Positions 8,711-17,673 of a stretch of DNA of 32,000 nt are shown one piece after another. The translations under genes were made by a program, and so were the position numbers. This DNA is from Candidatus Nitrospira inopinata (lineage in GTDB: Bacteria; Nitrospirota; Nitrospiria; Nitrospirales; Nitrospiraceae), in NCBI RefSeq assembly GCF_001458695.1, contig NZ_LN885086.1, forward strand, positions 1,320,001 to 1,352,000, read 5' to 3'. The notes beneath the pieces are model-generated. The model saw only the letters and a list, made by a program, of their open reading frames with translations, had not been told where the DNA came from and made no database searches. Numbering within the stretch: the first letter of the stretch is position 1; every line of letters begins with the position of its first letter.

Positions 8711-11401
8711 TTATGCAACCTTCATGACGGAGACGGTCGTCGTTCGAAAAGCCGGCGCGCGGGTGACGGGATCGATGGCGCAATCGAACAGACTCATGAC
8801 CGACGACCCGAAATGGTTGGGAAACCAAGCCCAACCCGGAGGGATCCGGCTCATGATTTTCACCGTCGTCGTGATTTCTCCGCGCACGTTCGACAACCGA
8901 ACGCGATCGCCGTTTTTCACCATGAATCGAGCCGCGTCACGCGGGTTGATCCGCAACGTCTCCTGCGGCTCGACCAGCAGCAAGCCCTTGGATTTGGCGG
9001 AGAGTTTCCCTGAATGAAACAGGCTCTGCGTCAATTCAAGGTGCACGGTTCCATCGGGGCGCGTCTCTCCGGGAAGAAGCCGGTACCGTCCGGCCAGGTC
9101 GCGCCGATAGCCCTCGGCCAGATAGCGGTCGATCGCCGCCGCATCAACGCGAGGAGGCATCGGCGACGGGCCGAGCGCTCCATAGCCCGGAATCAGGCCC
9201 CGGATTTCTTTAAGGATGTCCCGGCTCTCCGCGTAGTCCATCGGAGTTCCCAAGATGACCGATAAGGCGGCGAAGACTTCCCAATCGGGGCGGCTTTCGC
9301 CGATCGGCTCGATCGCGGGGCGGACGGCTTGGACGTGGCCTTCCGTATTTGTAAAGGTGCCGGCCTTTTCCATCGAGGACGCCGCCGGCAAGACCACGTG
9401 GGCGAGGGCGGCGGTCTCCGTCAAGAACAGCTCCTGACAGACCAAGAGCTCCAATTTCCGCAAGGAGTCTTGGGCGCGTACTTGAGCGGGGAGACTTGCC
9501 GCAGGATTTTCGCCGACGATGAACATCGCTTTCAGAATCCCGGCTCCGGCCCGATCCAACATCTCGACCAACGAGGCGCCGCCAGAGGGAGGAAGATCGC
9601 TTCCCCAGGACGACATGATTCGATCCCGCTCCACAGGGTTGTCGCCCTCGCAGGGGCCCGGTAAAAACTCCGCGACGGCGCCCATCTCGATCGCGCCTTG
9701 GTCGTTGTTTTCCTCCGCGAGCGGCGCGAACCCGCAACCGGGTTGATCGAGTTTGCCGATGAGGAGCAACAGGTCAAGGAGATTGAGCGAGTTCCAGTAT
9801 CCTCCCGCGCTCCGCAACAGGCTTTGCCCTGCGAGCACGACGACTTGCCGTGCCTCCGCGATGGTCTTCGCCGCCGCGGAAAACGACGCGGCGTCCTTGC
9901 CCGTGGCGGTTTCAATCTCCCGCCAGGTCACCCGGGCCAGCGCGTCCCTCAGATCGTTCACATAGGAGGGGTGACGCCGAGTGAGATCCGGATGGATCGA
10001 ATCGTTCTCGATAACGGCTTTCAAAAGGCCGAGAACGGCGTTTCGCAGGTGCGGCGTCGGCACGCAAAAATGATGCAGGGAAAGATTGGCGATGTTGCTG
10101 ATCGGTTCGATGGACGGCTCCAACGCCTCGATCGTCACCAACGACGCGCGCCGCTTTTTAACCGCCTCCTTGACCTTGAGAGCGGTAACGGGATTCGTTT
10201 CCGTTATGTTCGTTCCCACCAGCAACAGGACGTCGGCGGCCGTGATGTCGTCGAAACTGACGGTCCATCGGTGCGTGCCTTGCACCTCGCGCATGGCCTG
10301 GACGCCGTTGATATGACCGTAGCGCGCGCTGCTGTCGATGTTGTTGGTCCCGATCGTCACGCGCATGAATTTTTGAAACAGATAGAGCTCTTCGTTGGTG
10401 CATCGGCCTGAAATCAGACCGCCGAAACTTTGTCCTCCATGAGCGTCCTTGATCGTGCCGATCCGTTCCGCGACGAACTCCAGCGCCTCTTCCCAGGTGG
10501 CCGGTGCGAGCACGCCGTCTCGCCGAACGAGCGGCTGAGTGAGCCGTTCGGGGTGACCGGCCGCATGAAAACCGAAAAATCCCCTGACGCAGAGATCGCC
10601 GTTGTTGCGTCCCGCGCCGAACGCCGAATTGACCTCGATCAGCTCTTGTCCTTTCGTTTGGACCGTGATCTGGCAACCGTCTCCGCAGTAGCCGCAGATG
10701 GTATCGGCCCGCTTGAGCATCCAGGGGCGGTATTCGTACATCGACAATCGGCTGGTGATGGCGCCGACCGGGCAGATCTGCACGCAGCCGCCGCAAAACT
10801 CGCAGTCCAAGGGGTGCGGCCCGAAGTGTTTGATCTCGGTCATGGTGCCGCGACCCACGGGGGCCAACGCCTTCACGTCCATCACTTCGTCGCAATACCG
10901 GACGCAGCGCAGGCACTGGACGCAGCGATTCATCTGCGTCTCGATCAACGGACTGAAATACTCTTTCTGGAAGATGCGTTTGGTTTCGACGAATCGGCTG
11001 GTCGTGGGCGTGTACTGGTGGGAGAAGTCCTGAAGATCGCACCGCCCCCCTTGGTCGCAGACCGGGCAGTCAAGGGGGTGATTGGCCAGGATGAATTCAA
11101 GCACCGACTTGTGGGCGTCGTTGACGACGGTGGTGGCCGTCCGCACGTTCATGCCTTCTTCCACCGGCGTGCTGCACGCCGTTTGGAGTTTGGGCATCTT
11201 TTCGATTTCCACCAGGCACATGCGGCAGTTGGCGTCCGGTTTCAGTTTCGGGTGGTAGCAGAAATGGGGAATCATGACGCCGACGCGCCGGGCCGCTTCG
11301 ATGACCAATGTGCCCTTGGGAACGTGCACGGTCATGCCGTCGATGGTGAGGCGCACCATCGGCACGGTCTGAGCGGCTGGTTGTGCGGCGGGCGTCGTCA
11401 T
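8711..11401 (-). CDS. nuoG: NADH-quinone oxidoreductase subunit G (long, 896-aa form)
   Basis: N-terminal 2Fe-2S ferredoxin fold (MVRLTIDGMTVHVPKG...HFCYHPKLKPDANCRMCLVE), a His/Cys cluster motif (HPLDCPVCDQGGRCDLQ) and further 4Fe-4S Cys motifs, followed by a molybdopterin-oxidoreductase-like domain. ATG at 11399..11401. Confidence 0.92.
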   Translation of the reverse strand: MTTPAAQPAAQTVPMVRLTIDGMTVHVPKGTLVIEAARRVGVMIPHFCYHPKLKPDANCRMCLVEIEKMPKLQTACSTPVEEGMNVRTATTVVNDAHKSVLEFILANHPLDCPVCDQGGRCDLQDFSHQYTPTTSRFVETKRIFQKEYFSPLIETQMNRCVQCLRCVRYCDEVMDVKALAPVGRGTMTEIKHFGPHPLDCEFCGGCVQICPVGAITSRLSMYEYRPWMLKRADTICGYCGDGCQITVQTKGQELIEVNSAFGAGRNNGDLCVRGFFGFHAAGHPERLTQPLVRRDGVLAPATWEEALEFVAERIGTIKDAHGGQSFGGLISGRCTNEELYLFQKFMRVTIGTNNIDSSARYGHINGVQAMREVQGTHRWTVSFDDITAADVLLLVGTNITETNPVTALKVKEAVKKRRASLVTIEALEPSIEPISNIANLSLHHFCVPTPHLRNAVLGLLKAVIENDSIHPDLTRRHPSYVNDLRDALARVTWREIETATGKDAASFSAAAKTIAEARQVVVLAGQSLLRSAGGYWNSLNLLDLLLLIGKLDQPGCGFAPLAEENNDQGAIEMGAVAEFLPGPCEGDNPVERDRIMSSWGSDLPPSGGASLVEMLDRAGAGILKAMFIVGENPAASLPAQVRAQDSLRKLELLVCQELFLTETAALAHVVLPAASSMEKAGTFTNTEGHVQAVRPAIEPIGESRPDWEVFAALSVILGTPMDYAESRDILKEIRGLIPGYGALGPSPMPPRVDAAAIDRYLAEGYRRDLAGRYRLLPGETRPDGTVHLELTQSLFHSGKLSAKSKGLLLVEPQETLRINPRDAARFMVKNGDRVRLSNVRGEITTTVKIMSRIPPGWAWFPNHFGSSVMSLFDCAIDPVTRAPAFRTTTVSVMKVA

Positions 11402-11484
11402 TGTCTTCCGTTATCCCCTCTCCTCTCCGCCCATGGTCGTGCGCCGACCGTCTCTTGTGAGAAGCGGTCGACGATCGTCGGCGT

Positions 11485-12792
11485 TCACCGTTTGGCCCCA
11501 GCCGGTTCCGGCATGATCAAGTCGGCGGCCTCCGCTTCGCGGATCAGGGCCACGTACTCGTCTCGCCAATACTTCAACGTCCCCTGAATGGGAGCGACCT
11601 CCGCGTCGCCGAACGCACAGACCGTCCGTCCCGCGATGTTCTTGCACAGATCGGACAAGGTTTCAAGGTCCTCCATGCGGCCCCTTTTCGCGACGATTCG
11701 GCGCATGATCTGGACGAGCCACGAACTGCCCTCCCGACAAGGACTGCATTTGCCGCAGGACTCGTGATAGAAAAATTCCATCAATCGGAGGGCGGCCCAT
11801 ACCATGCTGGTGCCTTCCTCCATGACGGTGACGCCCCCGGACCCCAACATGGAGCCGGCCGCCGCAACCGATTCAAAATCCAATTTGACGTCGAGATGGG
11901 CCGGCGTCAGAAACGGCGCCGACGCGCCGCCGGGAATAAAGGCCTTGATCGGCTTGTCCGAGCGCATGCCGCCGGCGTAGTCGTACACCAACTCGCGGAC
12001 CGTCACCCCCATCGGGACTTCGTAGTTGCCCGGCCGCTTGACGTGGCCGCTGACGCAAAAGACCCTGGTGCCGGTGCTCTTCGGCGGCGAGCCGATCGAG
12101 GCGAACCATTCGGCGCCGCGGTTCATAATATGCGGAAGATTGGCCAGGGTTTCGACGTTGTTCACCACGGTGGGTTTGCCGTAGAGGCCGTGCGTGGCGG
12201 GAAACGGAGGCTTGACGCGAGGCAGGCCGCGTTTGCCTTCCAACGATTCGAGGAGCGCCGTTTCTTCGCCGCAGATATAAGCGCCGGCCCCGCGATGGAC
12301 CCAGACGTCGACGTTGACGCCGGTCCCCAGGATGTTCTTGCCGATGTAGCCCGCGGCCCTGGCTTCGCCGATGGCCCGCTCAAGGATCTTGGCGGCCAAC
12401 ACCAGCTCGCCGCGGATATAGATGTAGGCGGATTCCGCGCCGATGGCGTAGGAGGCCAGGACGATGCCTTCCAGGATCTGATGGGGATCGCGCTCCATCA
12501 ACTGGCGGTCTTTGAAAGTGCCCGGCTCGCTTTCGTCGGCGTTGCAGCAGAGGTATCGGGGACCGTGATAGTCTTTGGGGAGAAATCCCCATTTGACCCC
12601 GGTCGGAAATCCGGCCCCCCCGCGCCCTCGCAGGCCGGATTTGCGTACCGCCGCGGTGACGTCGGCCGGCGGAATCTTGCCGAGCGTGGCGCGGAGAGCT
12701 TGGTAGCCGCCGGTCCGTTCATACTCCGTCAACGAACCGCCGTATCCCGGCTGCATCATGTTTTTGAGCAGAATCAGTTCATGTCGCGGCAT
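11485..12792 (-). CDS. nuoF: NADH-quinone oxidoreductase subunit F (FMN/NADH-binding, N3 cluster)
   Basis: 435 aa with GLRGRGGAGFPTGVKW (FMN/NADH site) and ESCGKCSPCREG (4Fe-4S). ATG at 12790..12792. Confidence 0.95.
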   Translation of the reverse strand: MPRHELILLKNMMQPGYGGSLTEYERTGGYQALRATLGKIPPADVTAAVRKSGLRGRGGAGFPTGVKWGFLPKDYHGPRYLCCNADESEPGTFKDRQLMERDPHQILEGIVLASYAIGAESAYIYIRGELVLAAKILERAIGEARAAGYIGKNILGTGVNVDVWVHRGAGAYICGEETALLESLEGKRGLPRVKPPFPATHGLYGKPTVVNNVETLANLPHIMNRGAEWFASIGSPPKSTGTRVFCVSGHVKRPGNYEVPMGVTVRELVYDYAGGMRSDKPIKAFIPGGASAPFLTPAHLDVKLDFESVAAAGSMLGSGGVTVMEEGTSMVWAALRLMEFFYHESCGKCSPCREGSSWLVQIMRRIVAKRGRMEDLETLSDLCKNIAGRTVCAFGDAEVAPIQGTLKYWRDEYVALIREAEAADLIMPEPAGAKR

Positions 12793-12856
12793 GATCGCGC
12801 CCGTTTACTTTCATCATCAATGGCTGTCACTCGTGAGTCCGACTCGTCTTGGACCT

Positions 12857-13423
12857 TCATTGAGAGGCTGCCGGTGTTACGTCTTTCATCGATTCCGGCC
12901 ACATAAAGGGGCCGCTTTTTAATTGACTGGAACCGGCGGATTTCAGGTCCGCCAAAATCCGGTCCAGTTTTTCCTCGGTCAGCCGCTCGTAATAGTCCTC
13001 GTTGATCTGCATCATGGGGCCCGTGCCGCAGGACGCCAAACATTCCACCAGGCTCAGCGTAAAAAGACCGTCGGCCGTCGTCTCGCCGGGGCCGATGCCC
13101 AATTTGGTCTTGATCCAGCCGACGACCGTATCGGAACCGACTAACGCGCACATCAGCGACTTGCACACTTGAATATGAAACTTGCCCACAGGCTTGAGGT
13201 TGAACATCGTATAAAACGTGATCGTTTCATAGACTTGAGGAGGGGTCAGATCGAGGATGCCGGCGATCTCGATCATCGCGCGTTCGGTCACGTAGCCGTC
13301 CTCTTGCTGGGCAAGGTAGAGAAGAGGAATCAACGCCGAGCGCTTGACCGGATAGCGCGACAGAATCTCGGCGATGTCGTCTTTGTATTTTTCAGACAGA
13401 GACATGTCCGTGCTATCCTTCAT
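12857..13423 (-). CDS. nuoE: NADH-quinone oxidoreductase subunit E (2Fe-2S)
   Basis: Thioredoxin-like 2Fe-2S ferredoxin with Cys motifs QVCKSLMCALVG and ECLASCGTGP. An alternative in-frame ATG at 13405 (MSLSEKY..., AAGGA 10 nt upstream) is equally plausible. Confidence 0.9.
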   Translation of the reverse strand: MKDSTDMSLSEKYKDDIAEILSRYPVKRSALIPLLYLAQQEDGYVTERAMIEIAGILDLTPPQVYETITFYTMFNLKPVGKFHIQVCKSLMCALVGSDTVVGWIKTKLGIGPGETTADGLFTLSLVECLASCGTGPMMQINEDYYERLTEEKLDRILADLKSAGSSQLKSGPFMWPESMKDVTPAASQ

Positions 13424-13429
13424 CGTCTT

Positions 13430-15241
13430 TCATCGGTCGCACTCTCCCATCACCACGTCGTAGGTGCCGAAGATCGTGATGATGTCGGAAATCAAATACC
13501 CTCGCGCCATGTGATCGAAGGCGCCCATGTGGATGAACGACGGCGCGCGAATTTTCAACCGATAGGGACGGGGACTGCCGTCGCTGATGATGAAAAACCC
13601 CAGCTCGCCCTTGGGCGATTCGGTGGCGCAATAGGTTTCCGCCTTCGGCGGCTTGAAGCCTTGCGTGAACAGGATGAAGTGATGAATCAGGCTTTCCATG
13701 TCACGCATGACGTGTTGCTTGGGAGGCGGAATGTATTGAGACTTGTCGGCCATGATCGGTCCGGGCGGCATCTGGTCAAGACATTGGGCGATGATCCGCG
13801 CGCTTTGACGCATTTCTTGGATGCGAACCCAGTAGCGATCATAGGTGTCGCCGTTCGTCCCCACCGGCACTTCCCACTCGACTTTGTGATAGGCTCCGTA
13901 TGGTTCCATTTTCCGAACGTCATAGGCCACGCCGGATCCTCGGAGCGACGGGCCGGTGAGGCCGAAGTTGACCGCGTCCTCTCCCGAGATCACCGCGACG
14001 TTTTTCGTGCGCCCAAGCCAAATACGGTTTGAAACCAACAGCGTGTCGTATTCGCTCAACTTTTCCGGAAACGCGCTCAGAAAGGCCCTCAGTCGCTGGA
14101 CCAGTTCGGGCGTGAAGTCGCTGTCAACGCCGCCGATACGGTAGTAGTTGAGGGTCAGTCTGGCTCCGCAAAGCCGCTCGAACATGTCGAGAAGCGTTTC
14201 CCGCTCGCGAAACGTCCAGAAAAAGACCGTCATGGCCCCGATATCCAGGGCGTGAGACCCCAGCCAGAAAAGGTGGCCGAGGATACGTTGCATTTCCGCG
14301 ACGATCGTCCGGATGTATTCCGCCCGTTCCGGCACGGTGATGCAGAGGAGCTTCTCCACCGCTCGCACGTAGGCATAGTTGTTCGCCATGGCGCAGACGT
14401 AGTCCAGCCGGTCCGTGTGCGGAATAATCTGCATGTAGGCAAGGCCTTCGGCCAGTTTCTCGACGCCGCGGTGAAGATAGCCGAGGTCCGGAGTCGCCTT
14501 GATGATCCGTTCGCCGTCGAGATCGAGCACGACGCGCACGACGCCGTGCGTGCTGGGGTGTTGCGGCCCCATGTTGAGCAACAGCTCCTCGCGTCGTCTC
14601 GTTCCGCCCGCGACGGACTCGGCAAGGAAGGGTTTTTTCTGCTCTTCGGGGATTTCCCCCTCGAAGTGTTGAGGGGGCGGCTCGTCGAGCTTCGGGAGAA
14701 AGTCGAACTGGCTGCGCCAGCCCTTGCCCTCCGTGGGAAAATCTTTCCGCAGCGGGTGTCCTTCCGCATAGTCTTCGGGCAGGAGAATGCGGCGCAGGTC
14801 CGGGTGGCCGGCGAACCGAATGCCCATCATGTCGTACACTTCGCGTTCCATAAATTCCGCGCCGCGCCAGACGCCGGTGACCGAATCGATGACCGGATGC
14901 TCCTCGGGCACCCGAGCTTTCAAACGGATCCGTTTTTCATGGGGAATCGACAGAAGCTGATAGATGACCTCGAACCGTTGTCGGCTGTCCGGATAATCTG
15001 CGGAGCAGATGTCGGTGATGTGATCGAATTGCGCGTCCGGCTCGTCGTGCAGGTAGCGGGCGAGCTCCAAGATCTTCGACGCCGCGACGTGAACCGTCAC
15101 CTCCGATCGGGCTGTGTCCGTATGGACGGACAATACCCCTTCCGGAAACTTTTTCCGTAACGTCTCGGTCAGAGTCTGAAGAGCCTGCATCTTGCCACAC
15201 GGCGCGCAGCGGGGAACCGGCAAACCCACGCGCCGCGTCAC
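13430..15241 (-). CDS. nuoCD: Fused NADH-quinone oxidoreductase subunit C/D
   Basis: One ORF carries a NuoC-like N-half (ERxVYDMMGIRFAGHPDLRRILLPEDY...HPLRKDFP) and a NuoD-like C-half (NMGPQHPSTHGVVRVVLDLDGE, GYLHRGVEKL, ending VVMGECDR). GTG 15241 has GAGGAG 9 nt upstream. An alternative ATG lies at 15190 (MQALQTL). Confidence 0.92.
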   Translation of the reverse strand: MTRRVGLPVPRCAPCGKMQALQTLTETLRKKFPEGVLSVHTDTARSEVTVHVAASKILELARYLHDEPDAQFDHITDICSADYPDSRQRFEVIYQLLSIPHEKRIRLKARVPEEHPVIDSVTGVWRGAEFMEREVYDMMGIRFAGHPDLRRILLPEDYAEGHPLRKDFPTEGKGWRSQFDFLPKLDEPPPQHFEGEIPEEQKKPFLAESVAGGTRRREELLLNMGPQHPSTHGVVRVVLDLDGERIIKATPDLGYLHRGVEKLAEGLAYMQIIPHTDRLDYVCAMANNYAYVRAVEKLLCITVPERAEYIRTIVAEMQRILGHLFWLGSHALDIGAMTVFFWTFRERETLLDMFERLCGARLTLNYYRIGGVDSDFTPELVQRLRAFLSAFPEKLSEYDTLLVSNRIWLGRTKNVAVISGEDAVNFGLTGPSLRGSGVAYDVRKMEPYGAYHKVEWEVPVGTNGDTYDRYWVRIQEMRQSARIIAQCLDQMPPGPIMADKSQYIPPPKQHVMRDMESLIHHFILFTQGFKPPKAETYCATESPKGELGFFIISDGSPRPYRLKIRAPSFIHMGAFDHMARGYLISDIITIFGTYDVVMGECDR

Positions 15242-15261
15242 GCGTGGGAGCTCCTCGCGGG

Positions 15262-15741
15262 TTATTTTACAAAGACCTTCTCGCGTTGGATTTTTTCCTG
15301 CAATTTCAGGATCCCGTCCAGCAACGCTTCCGGCCGGGGCGGGCAGCCGGGCACATACACGTCGACCGGCACGATTTGGTCCACGCCCTGCACCACGGCA
15401 TAGCTGTTGTAGTGGTTTCCGGACGTGGCGCAGGAGCCCATGGAAATGACGTAGCGGGGCTCGGCCATTTGATCGTAGATTCGACGGACCACGGGCGCCA
15501 TCTTTCTCGATAGCGTCCCGGCGACGATCATGAGGTCCGATTGCCGCGGAGACGCCCGGAAAACTCCGGCACCGAACCGATCCAGATCGTAGCGCGAGGA
15601 GACGCTGGCGATCATTTCAATCGCGCAGCAGGCCAGCCCGAAGGTCATGGGCCAGAGGGCCGACTTTCTCGCCCAGCTCACCACGGCATCAAGGTTCGTC
15701 GTAATGATATTGGCGTCAAACTGTCGTTCCAGGACGCTCAC
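15262..15741 (-). CDS. nuoB: NADH-quinone oxidoreductase subunit B (N2 cluster)
   Basis: Cys motifs [17 protein letters not shown] and [11 protein letters not shown] prefer the GTG at 15739..15741 (GGAG 7 nt upstream, giving [15 protein letters not shown]...) over the track's TTG at 15795, which has no SD. Confidence 0.88.
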   Translation of the reverse strand: MSVLERQFDANIITTNLDAVVSWARKSALWPMTFGLACCAIEMIASVSSRYDLDRFGAGVFRASPRQSDLMIVAGTLSRKMAPVVRRIYDQMAEPRYVISMGSCATSGNHYNSYAVVQGVDQIVPVDVYVPGCPPRPEALLDGILKLQEKIQREKVFVK

Positions 15742-15826
15742 GCGCACGCTCCGGTTGTAAGTTCGGGCGCCGTCGCCCCGCTTCGAATCGCGCAATCGAC
15801 ATTTTCAATGACGGGCACTCGGCTCG

Positions 15827-16198
15827 TTAGTCCCACTCCAATGCCCCCTTTTTCCATTCGTACCAGAATCCGACGATCAGGATGAAAAGAAACACTCCCA
15901 TCCCAAGGATGCCAGCCAGGTCCAGCGACTTGAACGCGACGGCCCATGGATAGAGAAACACGACCTCCACGTCGAAAATCACGAACAGCATGGCGATGAT
16001 ATAGTATCGGATTGGAAATTGAACGCGGGCATCCTGAAAGAGCGGACTCCCGCTCTCGTAGGGGGCCACTTTCGCGCGGTATGGCCGGTTCGGGCGAAAC
16101 AGTTTCCCGATCTGCAGGCTGACCGTCCCTACGAAGAGGGTGAGCCCGATAAAAATGAGAATCGGGACGTAGTTGGCGGGAATCTCCTCACCGGCCAT
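15827..16198 (-). CDS. nuoA: NADH-quinone oxidoreductase subunit A
   Basis: 123 aa, three TM helices, ND3-like (YESGSPLFQDARVQFPIRYYIIAMLFVIFDVEVVFLYPWA). ATG at 16196..16198 with AAGGA upstream. First gene of the nuo array. Confidence 0.9.
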   Translation of the reverse strand: MAGEEIPANYVPILIFIGLTLFVGTVSLQIGKLFRPNRPYRAKVAPYESGSPLFQDARVQFPIRYYIIAMLFVIFDVEVVFLYPWAVAFKSLDLAGILGMGVFLFILIVGFWYEWKKGALEWD

Positions 16199-16267
16199 CG
16201 TTCATGTCCTTTTGTCGTTGCAACGCCCGAATCTCGCCGGGGCGACGAGCACAAGGTCTCACGGCGT

Positions 16268-17452
16268 CTAGGCGCATATCTCCGATCCGGTCAATGCCGA
16301 CTTCCAAAACGGTTTGTACTTAAGCCCGTCCAGTTCGGCGCACTCGATGCCTTTGTGCTGAATCAACACTTTGAAAATGCCGCCCATGCCGTTCGGCTTG
16401 AGGAGGTGAAGCGCCGAGCGAAACGCCGGGCTCTCCGGCTCCAATTCCGCGACCATCTTTTCCACTCCGAGCCCCATCAGGAAACTCAGTTGATTGGTGA
16501 ACCCCGTTACGTGCAAGCCCTCCGCTTCGCCCGCCGAAGCCAAGCTTGAAAAGTCCACGTGGGCGGTCATGTCTTGAAGGCCGACCCGCAGGAACGGCGT
16601 CTCATTGATCGAGTGACGAGAGTAACAGAGGAACGTTCCGTTCCTGCGCTCAGGCCCATAGAGGTCTTGCGCGGTGTGACCATAGTCGATCGTCAAGACG
16701 ACGCCCCGGCGCATGCACCGGGCCACCTGCTTGATCCAATTCAACGCCTCGAGGTTGACTTCGGTTCGATAGCCGTCCGGCCAGTCGGGATTCAGCCGTT
16801 GGAGATGGGCGGCGAGGGCGTCGGTTGAGAGGGGGTGAAGACATTCGACGAATTCCCCGTCCCGATAATCGACGTAGACCTCTTGGACGAGACCGTTTCG
16901 CACTCGGAGCCGATGGACCGGAAAGGCGTCAAGCAGTTCATTGCTGAACCACATGCCGGTGACACTGTCCGGGAGCAGTTCGTCGGGACCGTCGACCCAG
17001 GAGAGCTTATCCGGTTCATTCAGCCAGGGGGTGACATTTTGTCGTTGCCGTTCGCGCATCGCCGGGCTGCGCTCGATGAGGACGTAACGCAGACGTTCGC
17101 GAAGCGACGGAAACTCGTTGGCGCAGGCGGTGAGAAATTGTCGGGCAAGCAGTCCCTTGCCCGGTCCCGCTTCAACGACCGTGAACGGATCGGGTTCTCC
17201 GAGCAGCCGATCGACTTGTTCGGCCTGCCGCGCCAGAGCCCGCCCCAAAATGGGATGCACGTCGGAACTGGTGTAATAGTCGCCGTTCCAGCCGATGCGT
17301 TCCGCTCCGTCTTCCGGCTCTCTCATGTAGTAGCCGAATCGGGGATGGTAGAGGGCCAACTCCATGAAACGAACGAAAGGAATCGGTCCGAAGGAGGCGA
17401 TTTCCGAGGCAATGGCGGCGATGAGTTCAGGGTGTCCGATTGTCACAAGCAA
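16268..17452 (-). CDS. Class-I SAM-dependent methyltransferase of the MidA/NDUFAF7 family (COG1565, DUF185)
   Basis: About 394 aa. The N-terminus GPIPFVRFMELALYHPRFGYY is typical of the family, and the SAM loop is FTVVEAGPGKGLLA. Same strand as nuoA and 69 bp upstream of it. Start is TTG 17452 or GTG 17446. Confidence 0.8.
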   Translation of the reverse strand: MLVTIGHPELIAAIASEIASFGPIPFVRFMELALYHPRFGYYMREPEDGAERIGWNGDYYTSSDVHPILGRALARQAEQVDRLLGEPDPFTVVEAGPGKGLLARQFLTACANEFPSLRERLRYVLIERSPAMRERQRQNVTPWLNEPDKLSWVDGPDELLPDSVTGMWFSNELLDAFPVHRLRVRNGLVQEVYVDYRDGEFVECLHPLSTDALAAHLQRLNPDWPDGYRTEVNLEALNWIKQVARCMRRGVVLTIDYGHTAQDLYGPERRNGTFLCYSRHSINETPFLRVGLQDMTAHVDFSSLASAGEAEGLHVTGFTNQLSFLMGLGVEKMVAELEPESPAFRSALHLLKPNGMGGIFKVLIQHKGIECAELDGLKYKPFWKSALTGSEICA

Positions 17453-17638
17453 CCTGCTTCAGTTATTCAAAATGGAACAGGTGACACCACGAGCAGACGG
17501 GGTTTCCCCCGCCTTTCTCCCCGAATCTTGTAGAGTCGCGTAGGGTAGCCTCTGATGAGCGGCTCTGTCAAGGTTGCGGCGGTGGCTTTCCGGCGCTCCG
17601 GAGTAGGGGTTGGAGGAACGGATGATGATTCTCGCACC

Positions 17639-17668
17639 TTGACCGGTTCTTCGACCGCTTCTTATACT
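17639..17668 (+). promoter_or_regulatory. Putative sigma70-type promoter for the lipoprotein-nadB pair (TTGACC-N18-TATACT)
   Basis: TTGACC at 17639..17644, an 18-nt spacer and TATACT at 17663..17668. Only 5 nt separate the -10 box from ATG 17674. Confidence 0.4.
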
Positions 17669-17673
17669 GCGCC

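Noticed and set aside
11469-11480. 12-bp perfect palindrome CGACGATCGTCG just after the nuoF stop.
   Set aside because: It is short and has no loop, so it forms a poor hairpin. Palindromes of this size are expected a few times by chance in 32 kb of GC-rich sequence, and no second copy was seen.
16216-16225. 10-bp palindrome CGTTGCAACG about 20 nt upstream of the nuoA ATG, considered as a possible operator.
   Set aside because: About 30 palindromes of this length are expected by chance in a window this size, and there is no flanking symmetry or repeat.
17552-17559. CTGATGAG, the hammerhead-ribozyme core motif, in the midA/lipoprotein intergenic region.
   Set aside because: There is no downstream GAAA core element or matching stem II/III pairing around it. 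An isolated 8-mer is expected by chance.
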